Source: a bacterium (GTDB taxonomy: Bacteria > Desulfobacterota > Desulfuromonadia > Desulfuromonadales > JAAYDE01). Taken from it: DNA of 36,476 nucleotides. Under the pieces are notes generated by a model, which saw nothing but the letters and a program-made list of their open reading frames with translations, was not told the origin of the DNA and ran no database searches. The translations under genes and the position numbers were made by a program. The stretch spans positions 1 to 36,476 of the forward strand of contig JAILGY010000166.1 of assembly GCA_024696325.1 (NCBI GenBank), given 5' to 3'. Positions 1 to 7,854 of this stretch are shown piece by piece (position 1 is the stretch's first letter; each line of letters begins with the position of its first letter).

Positions 1-650
1 CTGCACTTGGCCGTTGGGCGACGACGGCGTTGCCTGCATCGCCGGCTTTTCCTGATGCGCCACCGTGCTTACAACCGGTTTTTCTACAGATGCCTGAGCT
101 TGACCGTTGAGCGACGGCCCTGCTTGCGTCGCCGGTTTTTCCTGATGCGTCACCGTGCTTACAATCGGTTTTTCCGCGGATGCCTGCACCTGGCCGTTGG
201 GCGACGACGGAGTTGCCTGCGTCACCGGCTTTTCCTGATGCGTCATCGTGCTTACAACCGGTTTTTCCGCGGATACCTGCACTTGGCCGTTGAGCGACGG
301 CGCTGCCTGCGTCACCGGCTTTTCCTGATGCGTCACCGTGCTTACAACCGGTTTTTCCGCAGATGCCTGCACTTGGCCGTTGGGCGACGATGGCGCTGCC
401 TGCATCATCGGTTTTTCCTGATGCGCCATCGTGCTTCCAAGCGGTTTTTCCGCAGATGCCTGCACTTGAGCGTTGGGTGATGGCGCTGCCTGCATCACCG
501 GTTTTTCCTGATGTGCTACCGGGCTTACAACCGGTTTTTCCGCAGATGCCTGCACCTGGCCGTTGGGCGACGGCACTGCCTGCATCACCGGTTTTTCCTG
601 ATGTGCCATCGTGTTTCCAACCGGTTTTTCCGCAGATACTTGTACTTGAC
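1..650 (-). repeat. Coding tandem repeat, at least 7 units of 90/93 bp (approx. QVQASAEKPVVSTVTHQEKPVTQAAPS[S]PNG)
   Basis: Anchor CCTGATG occurs at 51, 141, 234, 324, 417, 507 and 597, giving spacings 90, 93, 90, 93, 90, 90. The array continues past the window edge. Confidence 0.95.
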
Positions 651-843
651 TGCTGGTTGAAGATGTCGTTTCCTCTGCTGTTTTCCCTTGCTGCCGTGTT
701 ACCGCCCTCGGCATATCATTCGGCGACGATTTCATCGCCTGCGCAAAAGCTTCAACATCTTCCGGGAGGGGCGGCATGGGGGCCACATCTGAAGTACCAC
801 CGAGCAAAGGATTTTCCATCATGCTTATCTTCACAACGGTCAT
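1..843 (-). CDS. sctP: Putative T3SS needle-length ruler SctP (YscP/FliK-like), repeat-rich, 3' end outside window
   Basis: Not in the ORF track because no stop lies in the window. ATG at 843 follows SD GGAGGGAG, 15 bp after the sctO stop. The frame is open for 281 codons (MTVVKISMMENPLLGG...). It is Pro/Ala/Gln/Ser-rich and sits in the canonical sctP slot after sctN-sctO. The diagnostic C-terminal T3S4 domain is not visible. Confidence 0.7.
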   Translation of the reverse strand, partial: MTVVKISMMENPLLGGTSDVAPMPPLPEDVEAFAQAMKSSPNDMPRAVTRQQGKTAEETTSSTSSQVQVSAEKPVGNTMAHQEKPVMQAVPSPNGQVQASAEKPVVSPVAHQEKPVMQAAPSPNAQVQASAEKPLGSTMAHQEKPMMQAAPSSPNGQVQASAEKPVVSTVTHQEKPVTQAAPSLNGQVQVSAEKPVVSTMTHQEKPVTQATPSSPNGQVQASAEKPIVSTVTHQEKPATQAGPSLNGQAQASVEKPVVSTVAHQEKPAMQATPSSPNGQVQ

Positions 844-858
844 GGTTTTCTCCCTCCC

Positions 859-1350
859 CTATTCGTCTTCTTCAGTGTTTATGGAACGAGGTTTAAACTC
901 CTCGGTTTCGAGATCTTCCTGACGTTCCGCTTCCTTTTTGGCTTCGGCCTTCCAGATATCCTTGTGTGCAACAATTTTGGCAGTTTCCCTCTGAGCGGTT
1001 TTAACTGCCTGACGTGCCTGCTCCACTGCGGCCTGGCACTTTTCCAACTCGACACGTGCCTGTTCTACCGCCAGTATCTTGCCCTGCTCCTCGTTGGCCA
1101 GAGCCGCCAGACCGGCACGAAACTTGTCGAGCTCAGGCATGGTTATTTCCTGCCCCATAATCTCGGTGTAGCGCCGTTCTTCCTCTTCAAGACGCCAGAT
1201 ACGATACTCTTCCAACTCCCGCTGACGCTGCACAATCAAATTTTCCGCCTCACGAACCGCCCGCTCCGCACGCCGCAGTGCATTTTGAGCCGCATTCTCC
1301 CGGAAATGGCGCACGGTGAGCAGAGGCTCCAGCGGATAACTTGCCGGCAT
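859..1350 (-). CDS. sctO: T3SS stalk protein SctO (YscO family)
   Basis: 163-aa charged coiled coil with YPLEPLLTVRHFRE N-terminus and E-x-E-E-F near the C-terminus; overlaps the sctN stop by 1 bp. Confidence 0.85.
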   Translation of the reverse strand: MPASYPLEPLLTVRHFRENAAQNALRRAERAVREAENLIVQRQRELEEYRIWRLEEEERRYTEIMGQEITMPELDKFRAGLAALANEEQGKILAVEQARVELEKCQAAVEQARQAVKTAQRETAKIVAHKDIWKAEAKKEAERQEDLETEEFKPRSINTEEDE

Positions 1351-2666
1351 CAGGAAACAACTTTCAAAAGTGCCTGCAGGGTCTCGTCAAATGTGCTCTT
1401 TTCACCCAAACCCTGTTTCAGAAAAGCGTTCACGGCATCAATGCGGCTCAGGGCATCGTCAGCGTCCTTGTCCGATCCCTTTTTGTACTCGCCTATTTGC
1501 ACCAGTAGTTCCACTTCGGCGTACTTGGCCAGAATTTTACGCAACTTTTGTGCCGCCTGTTTGTGTTCTTTGGTGACAATGGAGTTCATTACACGACTGA
1601 CGCTGGCCTGCACATCAATGGCAGGATAGTGGTTGGCGGCCGCCAGCTTGCGTGACAGTACAATATGCCCATCCAGAATGGAGCGGGTTTCGTCGGCTAT
1701 GGGCTCGGTCATATCGTCGCCCTCTACCAGCACGGTATAAAGCGCGGTAATGGAGCCCTTGTCGGAATTCCCCGCCCGTTCCATAAGCCGCGGCAGAGTG
1801 GAAAAAACCGAGGGCGGAAAACCGCGCCGGGTCGGCGGTTCTCCGGCAGCCAAACCAATTTCACGCTGCGCGCGCCCGAAGCGGGTGACCGAATCCATCA
1901 TCAGCAGCACACTGCGTCTCTGATCTCGGAAGTATTCCGCCACAGCGGTTGCCGTATAGGCAGCCTTAAGACGCTCCATGGAGGAACGATCGGAAGTGGA
2001 AACCACCAACACGGCTTTCTTGCGTCCTTCGGGACCCAAGTCGTGTTCGATAAATTCCCGAACCTCACGACCACGCTCTCCAATAAGCGCCAAAACGCAG
2101 ATATCCGCCGAACAGCCCTTGATAATGCTGGAAAGCAATGTACTTTTGCCGCCGCCAGCCGCCGCGAAGATTCCCATGCGTTGTCCTTCACCGCAGGTCA
2201 ACATGCCGTCCAGCACTCGTAATCCCAACGAAATAGGTCGATCGATGATTTTGCGCAACATCGGATTGGGAGGATCCGCGTAAACTGGATAGCGAGAACT
2301 GGGCCTCAAGGGAGGGCCACCATCAATAGGCTCGCCCAGACCATTTAAAACCCGTCCCAGGAGATCTTCTCCTACTGGTACGGAGTGCACTTCGCCGGTG
2401 GGAATGACCTCGGTAGCTGGAGAAATTCCCTGTAAATCACCCAACGGAGTCAGAAGCGCAATTTTCTTGATAAAGCCGACCACCTCGGCCCGCAGGGTCC
2501 AATTGTCCCAAGGGTTGCGCAGAATACAGATTTCCCCAACTTTGACTCCTGGCACCACTGCGCGGACAATTGTCCCTACCACCTGTTCGACCCGGCCACG
2601 GACCTCCACAGACGAGGTGGTTTTGACTGTATCCTCCAGCATCTGCCCAATATATTCGAAGGCCAT
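1350..2666 (-). CDS. sctN: T3SS ATPase SctN
   Basis: [16 protein letters not shown] Walker A; [27 protein letters not shown] and [18 protein letters not shown] motifs. Confidence 0.98.
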   Translation of the reverse strand: MAFEYIGQMLEDTVKTTSSVEVRGRVEQVVGTIVRAVVPGVKVGEICILRNPWDNWTLRAEVVGFIKKIALLTPLGDLQGISPATEVIPTGEVHSVPVGEDLLGRVLNGLGEPIDGGPPLRPSSRYPVYADPPNPMLRKIIDRPISLGLRVLDGMLTCGEGQRMGIFAAAGGGKSTLLSSIIKGCSADICVLALIGERGREVREFIEHDLGPEGRKKAVLVVSTSDRSSMERLKAAYTATAVAEYFRDQRRSVLLMMDSVTRFGRAQREIGLAAGEPPTRRGFPPSVFSTLPRLMERAGNSDKGSITALYTVLVEGDDMTEPIADETRSILDGHIVLSRKLAAANHYPAIDVQASVSRVMNSIVTKEHKQAAQKLRKILAKYAEVELLVQIGEYKKGSDKDADDALSRIDAVNAFLKQGLGEKSTFDETLQALLKVVS

Positions 2667-2670
2667 AACC

Positions 2671-3303
2671 TTAGCCTCTATTTCCTGCCTGAATGCGTGA
2701 GGTGAAAGCTTTTTCCAACGCTCTCAGCTGAGTTTCCAGACTGGCGTCAATAACACCCAGTTCGCTTTCCAGAATACATGAGCCCTGTTCCAGACGGGCA
2801 TCCGGCACCAATTCCAAAAAGCTTTCCGCTCCGGACGCAGATTTCAGCATTGGCTCCAACGCGGTTCGTACAGCCTTATCATCAGCGGGTGCCACGCGTA
2901 TTGTAACCCGGCTTTGGTTGCGAACTTTAAGCAACCCTTCCCGTACAATACGAACTATCCGTTCATCGCTGTCCAATTCTCCAATAATTTTGCGCACTGC
3001 CTGGTTAACCACATCAATAAGCGTGGCTTCGATGCCTTCAATGAATTCTACCGATGACATGACGGTTTCCATAAGCTTTTCGGTATGTTCCAAAAGCCCT
3101 TCCTCCCGTCCGTCCCTGTATCCCTCCTCCTTGCGTTGCTGGTAGGCTTCCTCAGCTTTTCGAAGGATTTCATCTGCGCGAGCACGCGCCTGTTCTAATA
3201 AACCGTTGGCTTCAGTTAGCAGTGCAAAGTCTGCCGCTTTCAAAACCCTTGTGCCGGCAGCCGGCCGTACCACATCTCCAGTTATTTGAAATAGGGAGCC
3301 CAT
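2671..3303 (-). CDS. sctL: T3SS stator SctL (YscL/HrpE)
   Basis: RVLKAADF N-terminus, [10 protein letters not shown] (GxxxG repeats), [21 protein letters not shown]-terminus. Start moved to ATG 3303. Confidence 0.93.
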   Translation of the reverse strand: MGSLFQITGDVVRPAAGTRVLKAADFALLTEANGLLEQARARADEILRKAEEAYQQRKEEGYRDGREEGLLEHTEKLMETVMSSVEFIEGIEATLIDVVNQAVRKIIGELDSDERIVRIVREGLLKVRNQSRVTIRVAPADDKAVRTALEPMLKSASGAESFLELVPDARLEQGSCILESELGVIDASLETQLRALEKAFTSRIQAGNRG

Positions 3304-3932
3304 TGCGGAGCCACCTCCTTCAAAAGAATTTTTTTCAGACCAAACCAAATCACATGGCGTACTTCCGCGGAAGGTTTTTCCCACTCCAGCGTTTCCTCCA
3401 ATTTTTCCTCAAAAATTTTTCTGAGCGACTCCGGCCAGGAAGCAGAACAAAGAGACATCGCCCATATGCCATGTTTGCGAATCCGCTCCAAAAGCGGCAA
3501 TTCCAAATCCTCTTTACAAAAATGGCGGCTTACGCCGCCAAGTTGATACTGCCCACGGTGCACCGCATAGTCGTATATATCTTCTCCCAAACTCTCCCGA
3601 AGAGCCAAGACTTCGGCCCGAAGAACAATTTGAGCTATCTCTTCCGCATGCACAGCGACTCCAAACAACTTCTGCAATTTTTTGAGACTTGCTTCATCGA
3701 CCAAAGCCAAGCGACGAGATTCTTCCGTAAAATCCCAGAAGGCTTCCTGAAACTCTGCAGTTTTAAAATGCTTGCGTACCGCAGGGCTCCGCCACAATGC
3801 GGCGGCATCCAACCCGGCAACTGCAGAAATTTCCTCCGGAACCGGTGGAATAACGGCACTGTTGAAATTGGCTATCGCCTGAAACAGCAAAGGATTGTGG
3901 GCAATAATGTCAAAAAAAAAGCCCTTGTCCAT
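3282..3932 (-). CDS. sctK: Sorting-platform protein SctK (YscK-like), putative
   Basis: 216-aa helical protein between sctJ and sctL, the SctK slot; 'LRESLGEDIYDYAV' resembles YscK-family segments. Mostly a positional call. Confidence 0.7.
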   Translation of the reverse strand: MDKGFFFDIIAHNPLLFQAIANFNSAVIPPVPEEISAVAGLDAAALWRSPAVRKHFKTAEFQEAFWDFTEESRRLALVDEASLKKLQKLFGVAVHAEEIAQIVLRAEVLALRESLGEDIYDYAVHRGQYQLGGVSRHFCKEDLELPLLERIRKHGIWAMSLCSASWPESLRKIFEEKLEETLEWEKPSAEVRHVIWFGLKKILLKEVAPQWAPYFK

Positions 3933-3949
3933 ACGTATGCACCATCAGT

Positions 3950-4747
3950 TTATCCGGCACTTTTTGTATCAAGTGCCGACTTGCGTTTGCGACGCATCAG
4001 GAACATCACGCCCAAAGCGACTAAACCACCCAATGCAGCCAGAGCCACAAGAACCGCACCGAGAAGCAAATAAGGCGAACCGCTCTCCGTTTCAAAAGCC
4101 AATCCCAGGAATGTTTTGCGGGGCTGCATGGGCACCGTGTAGGATTCCCGCACCGGTACCAACATGACCGAAATCTTTTCATAGTCTAGTCCGGGTACAG
4201 CTCTGGCGGTTACTTCACGAATTTTGGGGATGAGGTCCGCCACTTGTGATTCGGGCGTATGGCGGAGAAAAACCGCAGCCGATGGCGGCGTACGGACATC
4301 GGTTGCCGAATCCGTACTGGCCAGTACGATATGAACTCGCGAGGTCAGTACACCGTCAATTCGGGAAAAGGTGTCAGCCAATTCTTGTGAAATAGCGTAG
4401 GAAAGGCGTGCCTGTTCCTCCGAAGGCGAGGAAATCATGCCCTGACCGGAAAAAACCTTTCCCAGATTATCGAAGGCTTCATCCGGCAGACCACTTTCCC
4501 GCAAAATTTCCAACGACTGGATTATTTCACTGTTATCCACAGTGATCTTGAAACCGGCTTTGCCCGCTGCCACCTTGCGCGCATGAATTCCCCGTTTCAA
4601 AAGTGTGGAAAGCATGACATTGGCCTGCTTTTCAGTAAGCCCCTGGTAGAGTTCCTCCTGACATCCGGCAACAAGCAGGGCCATCAAGACAAGTCCGGCT
4701 ATCACTACTCCTCTGTGCTTTCCGTTTTTTTTCTTTGCTCGATTCAC
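3950..4747 (-). CDS. sctJ: T3SS inner-membrane ring lipoprotein SctJ
   Basis: Lipobox LVAG-C, LYQGLTEKQAN, GMISSPSEEQAR, IDGVLTSRVHIVL, C-terminal TM with basic tail. Start probably GTG 4747; the ORF extends to TTG 4825. Confidence 0.96.
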   Translation of the reverse strand: MNRAKKKNGKHRGVVIAGLVLMALLVAGCQEELYQGLTEKQANVMLSTLLKRGIHARKVAAGKAGFKITVDNSEIIQSLEILRESGLPDEAFDNLGKVFSGQGMISSPSEEQARLSYAISQELADTFSRIDGVLTSRVHIVLASTDSATDVRTPPSAAVFLRHTPESQVADLIPKIREVTARAVPGLDYEKISVMLVPVRESYTVPMQPRKTFLGLAFETESGSPYLLLGAVLVALAALGGLVALGVMFLMRRKRKSALDTKSAG

Positions 4748-4821
4748 TTTCTTCCCTTTTTCTGCCTTGCGGATAACAAATGTGTCTTCAAAAACGGAAT
4801 CTTTCCGTTTTTTCCAGCCGG

Positions 4822-5349
4822 TCAACCCTGCTGCTTCAACAAAGACTCAAAGCCTTGCCCAGTCTGCTGGGAAACTTTCACCGCGCCTGTTGCCTCCACC
4901 TTAAGCATCCCCACCAGATACTGGATCCGGTAGAGTTCCACCGGAGAAATTTGGCCGCCGCCAGCCTTTTCCAGCAGTTGTGAAAGTTCTGTCACCTGTT
5001 CCCGGAAAAAAGGACCAAACTTTGTTTCTTCCCGCTGCGACACCTTCCAGTCAAAACTGTTATTTTCCGCAATACGGGAAGGATCCGTCACGCGCTCCGA
5101 CACAGAAAGTAAATCCGGCGACACATTAAAAGGCACATTCTCAGCAGCAACCGTCTCTGACGGCATTCGCTGACTTTCCGTCACAGATGGCTGTGCTTCC
5201 ATTGCCCTTTCAAATTCCCGCACCAAGTCCTGGGGAGGTTCTCCAGTTGGTCCTGTCGTGGCGCGGAGTTCCGCTCCAGGAGAAATCCCCGATTTCTCTA
5301 CCATCTCCCAAAGACGCGAAAGAGAAGATGTCAGGGCGGAAAATTCCAT
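4822..5349 (-). CDS. sctI: T3SS inner rod SctI (YscI/HrpB2-like)
   Basis: Immediately upstream of sctJ; C-terminus SPVELYRIQ...KVSQQTGQGFESLLKQQ is typical of inner-rod proteins. Confidence 0.75.
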   Translation of the reverse strand: MEFSALTSSLSRLWEMVEKSGISPGAELRATTGPTGEPPQDLVREFERAMEAQPSVTESQRMPSETVAAENVPFNVSPDLLSVSERVTDPSRIAENNSFDWKVSQREETKFGPFFREQVTELSQLLEKAGGGQISPVELYRIQYLVGMLKVEATGAVKVSQQTGQGFESLLKQQG

Positions 5350-5387
5350 ACCGTTACTCCCGGAGAAAAGAAGATTCCTTTAAATCT

Positions 5388-5756
5388 TCACGCGCAAACA
5401 TCCTTTAAAAGGCTGTCGGCCAATGTTGCAGCCGGTGAAGTACCAGAGGCCAGCGGCGCTAAAATTTCCTTTGCCTCGTCTTTACGTCCTGCCAGGGCCA
5501 GACACAGACCCAGTATAGACAGGGCATCTGCATCTTCCGGATTGACCGCCAGCACTTCGTCCTTCAGCAGATGTTCAGCTTCGTCAAACCCGTTTACCAC
5601 AACATAACTGAAAGCTTTGCCTATAAGCGCGGGCGCAAAACCTGGCTTCACCGCCAGCACTCCATCGTAAATCGCCCGTGCCTCAACGATGAACCCCTTT
5701 TGGCACCCGGCATTGGCTATATCCAGCAAACGTTGAACCTGCACATCAGAGAGCAT
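5388..5756 (-). CDS. TPR needle chaperone (YscG/CdsG-like)
   Basis: 122 aa with TPR-like helices (ALSILGLCLALAGRKDEAKEIL); directly follows the needle gene. Confidence 0.7.
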   Translation of the reverse strand: MLSDVQVQRLLDIANAGCQKGFIVEARAIYDGVLAVKPGFAPALIGKAFSYVVVNGFDEAEHLLKDEVLAVNPEDADALSILGLCLALAGRKDEAKEILAPLASGTSPAATLADSLLKDVCA

Positions 5757-5782
5757 AGATCCATTCCTTTACGAAAAATTCG

Positions 5783-5817
5783 GTTTCCTTCAAAGGGACA
5801 AGCCCTTTGAAGGAAAC
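5783..5817 (-). terminator. Perfect 15-bp stem-loop downstream of sctF (partial terminator or mRNA stabiliser)
   Basis: GTTTCCTTCAAAGGG-acaag-CCCTTTGAAGGAAAC; on the minus strand it is followed by CGAATTTTT. Confidence 0.7.
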
Positions 5818-5862
5818 GATGGAAAATATGAAAGTATCGTTTTTCAAAATCCTGACAGCAGA

Positions 5863-6123
5863 TTACCCGGTCCGCTGCGCCAGGGATTTCATCGAATCCG
5901 TCACGTTCTTGGTGACGTTGGAAAGCGTTTCCACCATGGTGTTGTAGATACCTATCTGGAACTGAAGCTGCATCAGGGCCGTCTGATCGACTTCATCCTG
6001 ATTCAGCATCTCATCCATCTTTGCCTGGATCTGATCGCCCTTCTTGGCGACGGAGTCAAGACCGGCGTTGAACATTTTGCCGAGATCCAGTCCGTTGTTG
6101 ATGGTGTTGATGGTCGAACTCAT
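5863..6123 (-). CDS. sctF: T3SS needle subunit SctF
   Basis: 86 aa from ATG 6123 with GGAGG SD; ALMQLQFQIGIYNTMVETLSNVTKNVTDSMKSLAQR matches the needle C-terminal helix; E-F-G gene order. Confidence 0.88.
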   Translation of the reverse strand: MSSTINTINNGLDLGKMFNAGLDSVAKKGDQIQAKMDEMLNQDEVDQTALMQLQFQIGIYNTMVETLSNVTKNVTDSMKSLAQRTG

Positions 6124-6157
6124 GGTTTCCTCCTTTTTTTGAATTTGTTTGACAGCT

Positions 6158-6355
6158 TCAAAGTTTTTCCAGAATTTTTCCGGCCGCTTCGGTTGCCGCA
6201 AAGATCTTTTGCGTCACAGCCATTTCATCCGGCGTCAAACCGGCATCCATGCGCCGCTTGACATCCAAATGCATTGTCAGGATCTCGTCGCGTAGAGCCC
6301 TAAACTCCATGCCGCTGCTGTTCATGTCCATTACGGATATCAATGTTTCACTCAT
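6158..6355 (-). CDS. Needle co-chaperone (YscE-like)
   Basis: 65-aa helical hairpin with MDAGLTPDE turn; lies between sctD and sctF, with ATGA overlap to sctD. Confidence 0.7.
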   Translation of the reverse strand: MSETLISVMDMNSSGMEFRALRDEILTMHLDVKRRMDAGLTPDEMAVTQKIFAATEAAGKILEKL

Positions 6356-7854
6356 GGTCTCCCCTTCAATGAATAGACTGTTACAGTTCCGTCTTTCTCC
6401 CGTAGCTTCAAGGCGTGGATACCAACTGTTTCCAACGTCTGCCCGGTAGGAAGCAAACCACCTTCAAAAATCCTCTCCCCATTTTCCAGCGTGATGAAAG
6501 GCATCGGTGTCACTACCACGCTTTTCACTTGCAAACCGCCCAAAACCGGCTTTGGCTCTTTCGACCACTCCGTTCCCCCGGAAAATACTGTCCGCTCCGG
6601 GTTCCTCAGACTCGGGGCACCCTCGAGATGTTTCTCCGAGAGAGTACTCCGTCCATTTCCCACGATAGTACTCTGTCCATTTTCCAAGGGCTGCGATGAA
6701 TTCTCACTCTCTCTACCCTGATGTGAACGAATCATCACCTTTAACGGGATATCCAACTCCTTGCGGGTCTGCGCAAGAGCCTGCTGCAAAGCCCGGTGCT
6801 GGCGTTCATCGAAATCCCCAACAATTTCCAACATACCAGAAAGATAACGACGCTGGGTGCTTTTTTCCAGTTTCTCCGCCCGCAATAACGGCGCCAACAC
6901 TGCTTCCACATCATTGGCGTAACGGATATGGCGCGTCGCCTTAAACTGGGGAATATCTTCCTGCACCGAATTAAACACCCATTCCTCAACACTGGCATCT
7001 TTAGTATATCCCGAAACCAGTATACCGCCTTTCGCATCCTCTTTGATTTCGGGATAAATGCCCCGGCTGTTGAATGCGGCCGTTGCAGCATTGAATCGAT
7101 CGGCACCGACCTTCACACTAATACCAACCGGAAAATGCACCTTCTGTACCAACCTGACCAGTTTTCCCCGTTCTTCATCATTTTTCAAAAAACCTTCCAC
7201 CACGATGCCCTTTTCGGCATTGCGAACCATCAGTTGCGAGAAACCGGCCTCCTTGAGCGTTTTTGCCAGAAATTGCTGTTGTTTTGCACGATCAGGACGC
7301 GGCGCCTGCCAAGTGATCATCAAACCACACAGGCATAAAATCGCAAGACAAAGTCCCAAAAGATGTCCCCAAAACGATCGCTTTTCAGAAACTATTTCCT
7401 CTTCGGGGCTTAGTTGTATGACGTCAACTTCGGTGTCATCTGCCACTTCGGTTGCAGCTATTTTATTGTCATCCTCCCCGCCCCCATCCTGAGGTATTTT
7501 TCTTTTGAGACTCTGACGAGAGCTCAACTCCTCTGCCACTTCGTGCCAACAGTCCACTCCCGCGTTTTCCTGTCTCTCCCAGGCAAAACAGCTCAGTCCC
7601 AGAAAGCAGAGCATCCGGGGCGGAAAATCCGCATCTTCAGTCAAAGGCACGTCGCCAAGCAGTACTTCGCCATCCAGAGGTTGAATTCGGACCCCTTCCG
7701 GGCCGATCTCCAGGCACGCATGCCGCAAAGCCACCGAATTGTCCTGCAGAATGATATCGCAGGAATCGCCGGAACCTATCACCTGCGTCCCCTCCGGCAA
7801 TGCGATCTCGGCTCCCAGATGTGGACCGGAAAAGATGCGGACAGCTATTTCCAT
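6352..7854 (-). CDS. sctD: T3SS inner-membrane ring SctD (YscD)
   Basis: N-terminal FHA-like domain (RIFSGPHLGAE...IGSGDSCDIILQD...RHA), single TM, periplasmic ring domains, PFITLENGERIFEGG C-terminus. ATG 7854 overlaps the sctC TAA. Confidence 0.93.
   Translation of the reverse strand: MEIAVRIFSGPHLGAEIALPEGTQVIGSGDSCDIILQDNSVALRHACLEIGPEGVRIQPLDGEVLLGDVPLTEDADFPPRMLCFLGLSCFAWERQENAGVDCWHEVAEELSSRQSLKRKIPQDGGGEDDNKIAATEVADDTEVDVIQLSPEEEIVSEKRSFWGHLLGLCLAILCLCGLMITWQAPRPDRAKQQQFLAKTLKEAGFSQLMVRNAEKGIVVEGFLKNDEERGKLVRLVQKVHFPVGISVKVGADRFNAATAAFNSRGIYPEIKEDAKGGILVSGYTKDASVEEWVFNSVQEDIPQFKATRHIRYANDVEAVLAPLLRAEKLEKSTQRRYLSGMLEIVGDFDERQHRALQQALAQTRKELDIPLKVMIRSHQGRESENSSQPLENGQSTIVGNGRSTLSEKHLEGAPSLRNPERTVFSGGTEWSKEPKPVLGGLQVKSVVVTPMPFITLENGERIFEGGLLPTGQTLETVGIHALKLREKDGTVTVYSLKGRP

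Noticed and set aside
1-650. Repeat array as a CRISPR array or non-coding repeat
   Set aside because: Whole units are homologous with no unique spacers, periods are multiples of 3, it lies in an open frame with a good SD, and no cas genes are present.
7-896. Plus-strand ORFs 7..480 (Arg-rich) and 363..896
   Set aside because: Antisense shadows of the stop-free repeat; the minus frame has the SD and operon context.
3912-3920. T9 tract at the start of sctK as a phase-variation switch
   Set aside because: In frame (Phe-Phe-Phe), and A/T runs of 7-8 are common in this window; read-level length variation would be needed.
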